This document shows, one piece after another, positions 1 through 12,500 of a stretch of 64,000 nt of DNA (position 1 is its first letter; the number at the start of each line of letters is the position of its first letter). The DNA comes from Perkinsus chesapeaki ATCC PRA-425 (lineage: Eukaryota; Protista; Perkinsozoa), in contig JAAPAO010000012.1 in assembly GCA_013115145.1 (NCBI GenBank), positions 62,001-126,000 on the forward strand, written 5' to 3'. Under the pieces are notes generated by a model. That model searched no databases. It was not told the DNA's origin and saw nothing but the letters and a program-made list of their open reading frames with translations. The position numbers and the translations under genes were made by a program.

Positions 1-3000
1 TTTCAGATTACCATTGGACGGAATCGGGCTCTCAAGGCTAAGGATTTGGACTTGAAGCAATTGCTACTAGATTCGTATTCCAACGGTCGCCTCACGGCCA
101 CCCTGCCGCTGGCCTGCAAGATCTTGGAGTCGCTGAAGGACTCTCGGACGTATAGACCGCCCAATCCCTGGAGCAACGCACAGCTCAGCTTGCTGGCGGA
201 AATCCACGATGTAGGGGGAACGCTGAGATGAGGCTGATGAGGAGGAAATTAGCAGATTCCGAACCTCCGCACGAATTTGGTGTTTGAGATCGAGCTGTTG
301 GCGAGGAAGTTGGACCTGTCGCCGTCCTTCCGGGAATACAAGAAGACAGATCTCCTAGCAGGCAGGAATATGCCGGAGGGTAGGCGAGGATAGTTCGGGG
401 CGTAGGGGAAGTTGCGGTATGGCAGATTCACCTGATATCTCTAGAGGGCCCCATCCTATTGCGGCAATGGCCCAGAATCGAGTAGAGCCGCAGCGGCCGC
501 ATCCGTCGGCCCCGCCGATGGGAGCCCAGCCGGCAGCCTCGCCCCAGGTCGACTTCTCCCAGCGCATTGCGAACGCCATGAACATGGCCAATCTGCGTCA
601 GCAACAACAGGCTCAGCAAACCTCCTCGCCGCCCCAGCCGAGGATGCAGCCGATGCCTTCTGCCCCTCCTCAGCGACCGATGCCGCCGGCTCCAGTGCCG
701 TCCGTGGCTGCTATGCAACCAGCTAGCTCCTTTGCGGCCCAGGCGCAGGGTGCTCAACAACAACAAGGAGGGGGAGGAGGAGAAAACGAGGGCTTCATAT
801 TGCCCAACCTCCCCAGTCTTGTGATAATCGATCCTAATATCGAACTCTTCCGGCTGCAACCCAAATTGAAGCCCATAGTGCCTCTGGCGATGGACCGGGC
901 TATCAGGGACATCGTCACAGCAGGTAGGATACAGAAGAAGAAGAAGGATCAGCCTGGTGGAAGAATGGTGGTGCTCTTTAGTGGTGGAGCGTAGTGTGTC
1001 TATAGCGACGCTTACGACCAAGCAGGTCGTGCTGAAGGATCTTGCGATGGAGCCAGATGAGCAGGTTGTCCGCAAAGCTGCCCAGCTGATGGTCACTAAC
1101 CTGGCCGGAGCTCTGGCCCTCGTCACTTGCCGGTAGGATATTGAGAAGGCTAGCAGCAGGGCATGGTGTGATTAGGGAACCACTGAGGATATCCTTGACC
1201 AATCATCTTAAGGCTCTGTTGAACCCAGGCAATGCGGCTCCTCCACAGGACTACCAGGAGAATGCCCTCATCGACCAGGTAGGTTGGAAGTGCAGCTTCA
1301 TCATCAATAGTAATATTAAAAACAAGTGGAATTGTTAATACCATGTCGGATACTACTGCGCTATTCGAACGTCCTCCTCCTCGTTCAGAAGGGATATCTC
1401 TTCATCCCCTTCGGTGTCTTTATTATTACCCCCCTCCAGCTTCGAACCCTCGGTTTTCATGGAGGAGGCCGGAAACTCAGGAATTGGTTCCTATGGTCGT
1501 TGCAGGTCATTTCAACGGTCACCGCGGAGAACCTGGAGTTGGGCTGCCAGCTCATCGAGAAGATTGTGTGCGAGAGAGCTGTGAAGGAGATCGACGTGGT
1601 CTTCCATCCTGTACGTACCCCAGGCGAAGCTGGTTGATCCAATTTCGTGCGTCAGGCTTACGAGGCCCGCCGGAGCCACAGGGAGAAGTACGGCCCCAAC
1701 GGACCTCAATTCGTGGACACTGAGTTTTACAACGTCAACGGGACATGGCCCAACGCTCTGCCCAGCAGCCTTCGACCAAGACCTGGCCCGCTGCCGGCCA
1801 GGGAGCTCCGGGTAGGTGGAACCGAGTCCGGCTGTTCGATGCTCTGATTGATGTCACTCATGGCTCGCTGTTGGCTGAACGGCGACATCCACGTTGTGTT
1901 GGACAGTGGTGGGTTGTCAGGTGTACCGCGATTTCCTGACTAAGGTGAGGGCTCCAGCGACGGGTGGAGTGCCACCGCCAATGAGCGGTGCGGTGCCGGC
2001 CGACATACAGCGAAGGATAGTTGGAGCTCCCCCGGGGGTGATGAGAAGGAAGTGTGGTATGAATTTTTATGTTGTGTGTGTCAGATGCAGCCAACTGCAG
2101 CGCCGCAACCACCAGCTTTGCCTTCATTGGTGCAGGTCCAGAGTATCGTCAAGCAGCTCCATGCACAGGTAGGCATAACAGAGGAGAGGGGGGTTGGGTA
2201 GGACTGACATCATAGGCGGCTGGAGCGGTCCACCAATTGGAGGTCATGTCCAGTGATGCCAATCAAGCGAAGATCTGGAGGTTTACAAAGACGCTACTGA
2301 CCAGCGGCTTAGAGGAAGTTGTATCGCGTGCAGCTACAAACGAGAGGGTAGGAACTTCTCTTGAAGCAGGGCCTGGGTGCAACTCCCTTTTTAGGTACTG
2401 ACAATGCCGGAGATCAGCGACACCCAGCGGCCCCAGTTGGACAGCTTCTACGCCTTGGTTGGCTTGTGCAGTCTGAACACGCCAGCGGAGGAGTCGGGCA
2501 ATCCTAACGCGGGTCTTACCGGCTGGCAGGTAATGAGACTGGCTGATGAATTTTCATGCCGCTCCTTCCTCCTAGTTGTTGTTGAAAAACCTGGATGAAA
2601 TTCTGAAGCACGATCCTGGTCTGGCGACTGTGGTGGTGTCTCATGTTCTCAAGGAGATGAACCGCAGATTCGACCAGCTCGCGGCGATGTATGTTGGCGT
2701 TAACGTATTGGCTGAGAAGACGAAAACTGATGTAGGCGGTTTGCCTTGATTCCTGCGCATGCGTGCTGGTAGGCTGCCGGAGCCGTAGCGGTGAAGCAGC
2801 AACTTCAGTGGTCGCAGAGCCACGTTACCGAGCCACACGTCCGTCTGGAGCTCCATCTGGCTATGCTAGGTAGGGAGGAGTTGGTTAGGTTGTTATCGAT
2901 GGTTGGGTGCAGGTGTGGTGTTGCATACTGTGGGGACGGCGAGCGAAGATACCGCTCTGCGAGTGGTACAGACGCCCTTGCTGGCCTTCTGCGTCGAGCT

Positions 3001-6000
3001 ACTACACAAGAAGCTATTAGGCCATACTGAGGAGTAATGGCTAAAGTCACTGCGCCATTAAATTCTTCGTTTAGCGGCCAAAACCAGGCTCCCAGCACCG
3101 AGGCTCAGAGGCAGGCCCTCCAGCTGGCACTATGTGGAGTCATACGTTACTCTTTGGTGAAGGAATCTGAAGTTGACACTATCCTTCAACGACTGTTGAC
3201 TGAGTACAAGTCACCTCAGAACACTATGTTCGTGGTAGGCAGGCTCTATAGCGTATTGGGTATAACGTGGATCGTAGGAGGGAAGGATCAGTGGGATGAT
3301 AGGCTACTCCTGTGGACCAGCCTGTTTTACGGTTTTTCTCGGTGGGATCGAACCTCGATCATTGGCGATCTAAAATCTCCACGGGGAGTGAAAGTCTATA
3401 GATCGGGGCGTAGTGGATCTTGGGTCCCTGTCAAACCTAGAGATGCCTGTTAGTCTCCACGCTGTAGACCATGACCGGACATATGGTTATTATTGGCTCT
3501 TCCGCTGCTTCGGTTGTTGGGAGGGGTGCTTATTACCTGGTAATCTTTCTCGGCAGGGTTCAATTTACAGGCCTAAGATACTCGCTGAGCGATAGTGGGT
3601 GTGATGGCAGGTGACGTTCCTTCAATTGGTTCTCAACAAGATGCGTATCTCCACAGTCCAGAGCTGGGTGCATTCAATCGAGGTCATCCAGAGGATAGGC
3701 CTCCGCCTTAGGGAGCAAATGCAGCAGCCAGGATCTCATCTTGTAGCGAAGGGAATGCTAGTATCGTCCGGGAAGGGAATACTGGTGTTTAGAGCACCTT
3801 GGAGAAGCAGCTGGCTATGACGACGGCGCAGTTTGTGGAGGCTTGCAAGCATTCCGCCCAGGTTCTATACCCAGAGCGGGTACTTCAATACCGAAGGGTA
3901 CCTACCGTATCTTTGCCGGTGTATTACCCTTCCTTCAGGCCTTGACATTGAACAAGGCGCCACAGAACGCAGTGCCACCAGAGGCCATCCACTACTTGGC
4001 GATACATGTAGGTTCTGGTATAGGCTCTGTTCGGATTATCTTATGTACCGGTGTAGGTACCACCGTCATCTCAATTGCAACCTCCCAGCAGCACTAAGCC
4101 CTTCGTTGACCAGGTGAGCTTCGGGTTCTGGAGCGTAGCTGTGATGAGTCGGGTGTTAGATTCCGGATGCCACTAAGAAGTCCTTTATTGAGGCCTATGA
4201 TGAGTGGCGTAAGAGAACATCGGAGGAGATGAACTTCCCGTGTGAGGAGCCGACCACCAAGGAAGCGCTTAAGACGCTCAAAATAGACTACCTGAATGAG
4301 TATTTCATCTCCAAGGTAGGGGACGACCCCTTCTCCAGCGAACCGTACTGGTCTGGTTCAGGGCCTGGCGGTTGGCACTAACGCGCAGCCTACTTGGTTC
4401 CCGGGCTTCCTGGCGGTGGTCTTGGGACACGTCATTGATCTTGCTAGCAAGGAGACTATGGAAGCCAATAAGGACTCGGAGAATCCAGAGTAGGGCACCC
4501 TGCGGGAGAGGACCGTATCATTTCTCTCAGGAAATCTACCCACGAAACTGAGCTCAAGTTCGATGCGATAGATTGCTTCGCTTCGCTTGTGGTAAGTGCC
4601 ATTATGAACATTGGATTTCGATTTTACTCGAAATTGCAGGATCTACATAGTCGGTTGTAAAAAGCTCGTTATTATTCAATCCTAGCTTGGTTCAGCAGAG
4701 AGGCCTGAGTTAACTGTGATGTAGGTACTGTTGACCTTGGATCCAGCGAGACCAACGGAAGGCCCCGCCGATGCACCTACACCTATCACCACAACAGTCG
4801 AGTACAACTCTATCAGAATGCTCCATAAGGCCCTTGAGGTACACAGGGTTGCCATCAAAAAAGGGAAAGACGACTCGCTTCGCTCCGCTAATGCTTTTGG
4901 TCAGATGATATCTCGTCATATATGGACTGACGCTAATACCAATGGGGACAAATTCAACCAGAGGTTCTACACTAGGATGCTTTCCGAGCTCCTCCAGGTG
5001 GGATTCCACCGATTTGGCCAGTTTGTCACCGAGCCTCTCAGAAATGCCTGGATGCGAGAGTGTCACGGGAGATCCTGTACAAGGAAGCCCTGCGCGGTCC
5101 TCAGCCGATCGATCCGTTGAGCGAAAAGTAAGCCGGTGACCGCTCTGGGCTCGTGGCAGTGGTGGGTTTTCGTAGGTATCTGTGTGCAATACTATCGGCC
5201 TTCGCGAAGACCCTTTCTTGGGTGGGACCGGGACAGATTCCACAATTTGTTTTCGGATGGACGTCATTGCTTACTGATGACAAGTTCTTCCCCCGACTGG
5301 TAGGCTGCCGTCTCCGGTTTCCCTCGGCTTACTCTAGTGCCGTCAGATGCAAGTCCGTGGCCAGCGCGGTTGGTTAGCGGCATCGAGGCTAATTCAGCAG
5401 CTCCTGCGTTACATTGCGCCCCACCTAGCCAATAGCAAAGACACCTCCCTGAAGGACGGCTTGGCTCGTTCGGTAAATCCTCCCAACCCGCAGCCCGAAC
5501 TCCTGGTGTCCAGGTGCCGGAACCGATTAGAGTGCTGTACACTGGATTGTTGAAGATATGGATGACGGCCATCCAGGAGGACTATCCGGAGTTCCTTAGT
5601 GACTTCCAATTCTCGTTGGTCAGCGAGTTGCCGGAGAACTGCGTAGGGAACTCCTCCTCCTCGTCGTCGGTGTGAGGTGGCAGGCGTTGGTTCGTCAGGT
5701 GCAAGCCAAAAACATGATACTGTGCGCATTCCCAAGAGGAATGAAGTTGCCCGACCCGTTCGCCTTGGATCTACAAGTGGATACTCTTCCCGATGTCAAG
5801 ATCAAGCCTAGAGTAGGAGCGATGTACCTCCGGTGATGATGATGGCATCGCTGTCGTCATCCTCTTCAGGTGTTGCTCCCTGAAACTACCATCCTAGAGC
5901 AGGCAGGTATCATACAGCTCATCGACGAATATGTGAAGGTTAGAGACCGCACCCTTCTGGACGCGGTCATCAGACGCATGCACGGTCCAACGGGATACAA

Positions 6001-6730
6001 CCACACCTTAATGACGAGTGTTGTCCAGTAGGACGACGGCAACAATTTTCTTGCGCGCCACAATACTCCTTGAAGGTACATTGGCACCCGCTTGCCGATG
6101 GTGTGCCCCTCCTATGAGAATGCCATGAAAATCGGTGGTAACGTCCAGGTTGAGATCTTCATGTATCTGGCGTGTCACTTTGACCCTGAAGGACGGTAGC
6201 CATCGACGCCCGGCTATACCCTGTTGACGCGATCTCGTGCAGGTACATATTCCTGTCCACTATTGTTAACTTCCTACGCTACCCCAACTCTCACACTCAC
6301 TACTTTAGCTGTTTGATCCTGTAAGTCTCGGAGACCGGCGGCAAGGACCAGCATCACATGTTAGGAACCTATTTGGGGACGCTCCTATTGCGTCAGTTCG
6401 AGAGCAAATTGCGAGGATTCTTCTAGAACGGTAAAGCTTTGCCGACTAAGTCTTGCGTGCAGCCGGGCTTGCTCAGGTTGATCGTTCGTCGCCCTCACCC
6501 ATGGGGCCTTCTGATCACCTTCATCGAGCTTGTGAAGAACCCTCGGTATCGCTTCTGGGAGCATCCCTTCGTAAGCCACCAACTGAGCTTTGTTACGCGA
6601 GACTTGCTGATTTCAGATGAAGAACCCCGACGTCGAGAAGCTGTTCCGGACGGTAGCAATGACCTGTGTGGCAACCCTCCCGCCGCCGAGCTCTCACCAG
6701 GCCGGTGCTGTCGGGCCCAATCGGGCATAG
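1..6730 (+). CDS. CNOT1: CCR4-NOT complex subunit 1, multi-exon, 5' end outside window
   Basis: Spliced translation gives the DUF3819-type segment ([57 protein letters not shown]) and Not1 C-terminal motifs ([57 protein letters not shown]). The last exon ends ..GPNRA* with TAG at 6728-6730. A Q/P-rich linker lies at 419-800. Confidence 0.93.
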
Positions 6731-7052
6731 AAAGTTTGTCGGGCCGTCGGCGGTCCAGAGTCGAACAGCTAGCTGGGGAGCTCTGGTCTCTCGGGACCGC
6801 CGTAGTAGCCACTGAAGTTGGTAGCGATACGATTGCCTGTACATTTATGATCGAATGGTCCTCCTTATTTTCCTTAGTAGTAGCAACAGAGTAGCCGCAG
6901 CAGCAGCTCACAAATGTCTACTGTGATTGGTCTTATCAGAGATACCTCTGTTACAAATAGTTAGCACCTCTCCAATCACTATCAGATGTATTTTCTATTC
7001 CTTCTAGTCAGTCTTGTGTTGGTCACCATTCAAGTGTCCTCAGGTTAAGGAC

Positions 7053-9218
7053 ATGTCAATAGAGTTGGACAGAGCCATTGGCAGCAATCACTCAGAGGAG
7101 TTTCGTGGCCTCGCGGCTTGGTCGTCCGGCGATTTGTCAAAATACGCATCGGCCATGGGCGGTGCTGTTTGCCTGCAGTCGGCGGATGACCAGCAGGACC
7201 CACAGCAGTTCCTGACGAAGGCCTTCTCTATGAAGTGCAGTACCATGGCCGTCGGCAACAGGGAGGGCAGCGGGCTCATCGCCGCCGGCTTTACAGGAGA
7301 CCAGGCCGACGTCCTACTCTGGCGAGATGGCGAGCTACTGTATCGGCTAGAGGAGCATGATGAGGCTGTCACAGCCCTGGCCTTCACTTGCGATGACAGG
7401 TTCCTGGTCAGCACTGGTGGCATGAACGACCAAAGGCTCTATGTATGGGACTGCGAGAGAGGTCTGGTCATCACGTGTCGATCCTTGGCCACTTTGGTGC
7501 CGGTGAAGGCAATCGTGGACGGTGGGTTTGTGAAGGATGTTAAACGGAGGAACACCAGTCTGTATCAGCTGGCCAGCTGCGGTGGCCGTAACGTCACCAT
7601 TTGGGAGCTCAACGATGAAGTGCAGAGCATCACGCCGGTGTCGATATCCCCCAGTGGAAAGCACACCCGGGCCTTCGAGTGCCTTTGCTTTTCGAAAGAC
7701 TATGAGCTGCTCTTCATCGGCACTTCCTCCGGTGACATAGCGGTGGTCAAGATGCGTAACAGGGTTGTTCAGAGCTTTTCTGAGCCCGTTGGCGCTGGTG
7801 GGATATTTTCTCTGGCATACCTAGATGCCGCTGGGGATCTCGCACAGGGGAGCAGCCCCGCGGTGCTGGCAGGAAGCGGAGATGGCAGCGTCACGCTTTT
7901 CTCGTGTATCCTTACTGAGCTGCGGCAGCTTAAGCGAGTCGTGGTGGACCAGGGAACGATAGTGGGCATGTCGGTGGGGCGCAGGAGACAGATATTGTGT
8001 GCTTCCACTACCGGCAGTGTCTGGCTTCTCTGGCCGGACAAGGACATGGCCACCGCGTTGGTGCAGGAGAACACATCAGCTCCTCTGCAGGCTGTGGCCT
8101 ACCCCATGCCGGACATCAGCACCGAGTTTGCGGTCGGTGATGCGTCCGGAGCTGTCACCCTCTGGAGCTGCGATGGTTCCTACAGTGTCATCATGAAGCT
8201 CGCTGCTCGACCAACCGCAAGCAGCCCCGTGTCTGCTGTCACCTGCCTCGGGTACCTCAGCCGCGCTGGCCTGTTGGTTGCGGGACACAGTGACGGTTTG
8301 CTGCGCAGCTGGAACTGTGGTGACGATAACGGCACTCTGCTGTGGACAATCGATACCACCACTACCAGAGGCCGAACCAATCGGGCCTCCGATGTTGGCG
8401 CTTTGGCTATGTCCAGCAATGGCAGGTTTGTGGTGACGGGCGGAGGGGAGGGTGAGGTCCGAGTTTGGGAAGTTAAATCGAAGGATATGGTATCCGGCAT
8501 GAAGGAACATACTTCTCGAGTGAACGCATTGAAGCTGTTCTCGAATGACCAGTTCTGCGTCACCGGCAGTCGGGACCGATGCCTGCTGACGTTCGACTTG
8601 CGGGCGGAAAAAAGGCTGACCTGTCACAGAGAGAGGCACGGTGGCATCGACTGTTTGGCTATTGGCACTGATGAGAACGTGGTGGTTGCTGGTGGGAAGG
8701 AGAAGCATTTGACTTATTGGGACCTGCGGCAGCCAGAGCCGGTCAGGGTGGTATCAGCTGGGCCTGGGGATGAGCTCAAGGCGCTTAGTTTCCATGATGA
8801 TGGAAAAGGAGGTTTGCTGGCCTCAGGTGGGAGGAGGGGCGGCAAACGGTAGCTTTCCCAATGCGGATGCATATTAGGATTTCTTGAACCCGCCAGTGAC
8901 GTTCCCGGCGTTGTGCTAAATATAAAAGGAGATTTTTAGGTTAGCGGAAATTTTCAAAATTCCTTTTGCGATGTTTTAGTTCTCCTATCTTTCGATTTTC
9001 ACGTTTCTACTGCAGGTGGTACCGGCTGCGTTGTGAAGCTTTGGGAGATGGGCTCTGGCCGGTTGATCTCAACCCACTTGGAGGAGCCTCGCCACAGCAG
9101 CTGCATTAACGACCTAGCCTTCAGTCCAGATGGCAAGCAGCTTATATCGGTCGGCGCCGATCACTGTGTGATGGTTTGGAACGTGTTCCCCAACGACCCG
9201 CCTGAGGCCGGTGCATGA
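7053..9218 (+). CDS. CFAP52: WD40-repeat protein, CFAP52/WDR16-like
   Basis: Long exon 7053-~8826 (MSIELDRAIG..., many GH..WD-type repeats, LLFIGTSSGDIAVV), intron ~8827-9015, and a final exon GTGCVVKLWE..HSSCINDLAFSPDGKQLISVGADHCVMVWN. Orthology to CFAP52 is by motif recall only. Confidence 0.75.
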
Positions 9219-9595
9219 TTGCATATCGAATTAACGCTGTCACCATGCTCCTGCGCTTGCGTTAGTGTCTCACCTTTCCATATCTCGTTGCCCATAGGCG
9301 AAGGTCTACGCTTTCTAACACCGCATTCAGAGAGCTACCAGGGGGTGGGGTCGGTGGAATGGCCGGAAAGTGGCCACTATAATCCCAGCATTCTCGAACT
9401 AGGGAACCTCACACTGTGCCAGGTGAAAAATGGTGGTCTAGAAGTGCCTAGGAAAGATTTGAGTCGGTGGATCCGTTGACGTTGAATGGTTGATGAAATG
9501 AAGTGTTCGTAGTGGCGTGTCATCTACAATAGAGTAGGAGTTGTATATACGGCGTGTGTAGTCTGTAGTCTGTTCCTATCAGCCTAGGCATTTTA

Positions 9596-12500
9596 ATGTC
9601 AACGAATAGAGGCGGCAGCAGCAGTAGCACTGCTGCATCCTGGTGGCAGAGGAGCGTAGCCGCCTCCTCACCGAGAGCACCCTCCGGCAGGGTTTTGCGG
9701 ACACCATTGGGAAGCGGACGACGAATGCAGTCACAAGTCGGGTCGATACGGGACAGGCTTGACGTAGGGCATAGTTGACAGCATCTTGGTCCGGTATAAT
9801 AAAAATATCAGCCGAAGGAGCGTTTGAATATTTAACAGACTTGTGACATATCCTCGTTTTGGTAGGTCGACCGCTTAATGGAATGGCCAGGCTTCCTTCC
9901 TATTAGTTTTTATCTATTAGCCGCAGGCTGTACCGGATGAATCTTAGAATAGGGAGCAGCACGACATCTTTATATCCCAATTTTGCTAAAAACTCGGTGG
10001 CGTACAGTGGTTATGCTTGGTCAATTAGGTAAACCTGCGTGAAGCCATAACACGCCGGAACCCTCGACTTTCACAAGCGTGGAATTTATCGCCCGAACGC
10101 TCATCCACACCAACAGCGGACTCTCCTGTGGAAGAGCTGCCGGCTAAACGACGACGATCCTCGGAGGCCTCTTGCATTGATTTAATGGATGCAACTCAAG
10201 TGGAAATTCCTGAGAACGATGCCAGGGGTAGTTTTCGGGGTATTTATCAAAAGCTATTGCGTGCTTTGGCTGCCAATAACTGTAGCGGCTTCATAGCGTT
10301 TATGATATTTACTGTGATACTATGTGATCGAGTGGACGAGAAACAACTATACACGCAGGTACCGCTTCCCACAGTGTTACAGCATGATGCTGTAACACTG
10401 TCAGCATCTGCCGGCAGGCCTTGCTAAGGCAATGCTTGCACATTTGAGCCCGAACTTCACCTCACCGAAAGGCGATAGAAAATGCACTTTCCGACAATTA
10501 TTACACAGCGAAATATACAGTATGTCATGAATAAATGATAACATACTGTATAGTTTAGACTAAATTATAACTAAATTATTTAGTTACATAGATAGTATTA
10601 TAATATTACCGAAATTATACAGTAACGATATACTGTATAATACAATGTGATAATTCGGGTCTCCAGTGGGGACTCTCCGCTGGAGAGTACTGGGCTAGTA
10701 ATCGGGTGTCTGGGTTACCCATTCTTCAACCTATTATGGGGCGGCGCCATCGAGTTGAATCGACTATGCAGGTGAGGCTAGCTCGGTCCAGGAAGAGCCC
10801 AGCGGTATCGAGTGTGCCATTTGCCTCTGCCCGGCTGGGCCCGGCGCTACAGTTGGTACCTTGCACGCTAACGCATCGAATCCCGAGCCAAGCTGCTCTC
10901 ATCGGTTTTGCTTCGATTGCATCTACAAGTGGTCGAAGGCTACCAACTTGTGCCCGCTTTGCAAGGGACGATTTGGCTGCATACGAAAGCACAAAGTCGT
11001 TCAAGGGGATGTCATGCGGTAAGCACGTCACGCGCCACGAAATTGTGACCTAAGTTCAGTCCTATAGAAGGCCCCTTCGGTCTGGTGCGGATACGTAAGA
11101 AAGACATGCGGCCCGAGGACTTTGTGACGCCTCCGGGCGAGGACGCGGAGATCGTTCAACGATATAATGACTTGGTTTGCGAGGTGAGAAGGTATCACTG
11201 TTGGAAATTCCAACTTGGAATATATGTAGTTGCTCGTCCCGGACGAGTCGTCCTCGACATAGACGAGTGCATTCTCATACGTAGACTCTACGTATGTTGG
11301 TGAGGAAGGCTAATTTCGGGAAAATGTAACAAAACTCTTTTAGATGTGTTCATATTGGGATTCCCAGCATTGGGGTCTCCAATGCTGGGCAGCCCAGTTT
11401 GGGCTGAATGAAATTAAGGGCTCAACTGATGACGGCTGACAGTTATTCCGGAAAAGTCTCAGTGGAACTGTGAGAAGGCATCACTTTTGGAGCACTCGAG
11501 AAAATTGCCCACCAATAGACAGGAAATACTGAATTGTTGGGAAGTGAAAAAATGGGCCGTAATTTCGCAATAAACCCAACAACAAATCATGAGTATTAAT
11601 GCCAATATCGGCAAAATAATCATCAGAAGATGTCTGTCAAGAGATCCATCGTTTCAGGCCCTGACCCGCGGTCCCTGCAGCGCAGGACAATTCAATCATT
11701 GACATTGGGCATCAGATATAGAATCCGAATGATTGAGCTAGATAAAGCTAGCTGTCTAGTCAGACTAGTCGAATAATGGACTTTACATGGAGAAATTAAC
11801 ATCTTCTCGGTCTACAGGATTTTCTCTTCAAGTACGACCCTCCGCGTGGGAAAAGTACCAGGCGAATGACCTAATTCAACGAACGAAATAGCTTTCTCGG
11901 CAGCATTACGGCTGAAAACAACCGATTCGGCGTCTCTGGCGAGATAATACGCCACACCGAAGATTCTGAGCATCATAGGTGACGCTGTTAACTCCTTGAA
12001 GATGCTGTTGACCAAAAGCTGTGACCGTGTGAGCGAAAAACTCGATGGACGAGATGGGCTGCTGTTGAAAATCATAAGAGGCGCCTCCTCCTCGTCCGAA
12101 TCGAAAGGGAGTCTCCCTGACGATCTGCGATGCTTCCAGACGACCTCCACCATCCTTTTTCCTGATCAGAGCCACAACCGAAGTAGGGTCACTCACGTTG
12201 TAGAGATAACTTGTCTTAACTGAAAACCGTTTATGATCTTCGAGAGCGACTATCGGATAGTCTTGCGGCGTGGGTCACGCCTGGTGCAATAATCATCGCT
12301 AATGCACGATGCACTAGCATGGTTAAGCAGTAACCAGGTACCCGTCCTGCGCATTCTGCAGGTTGTGGAGCGACCATCGTGATCAGACTCCCCGCAAACG
12401 GCTGAAATGAGTTCACGTAGCCTACGTGACGTAGGTCGTCCCGAAAACGGTCATATGCCAGACCGAATACGCTGCCCTGGGCCAGCTTCTGACCCTTTTG

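Noticed and set aside
428-8708. Long minus-strand ORFs overlapping CNOT1 and the WD40 gene (e.g. 428-1126, 4710-5267, 8076-8708)
   Set aside because: Antisense shadows of GC-rich coding exons with no recognisable domains.
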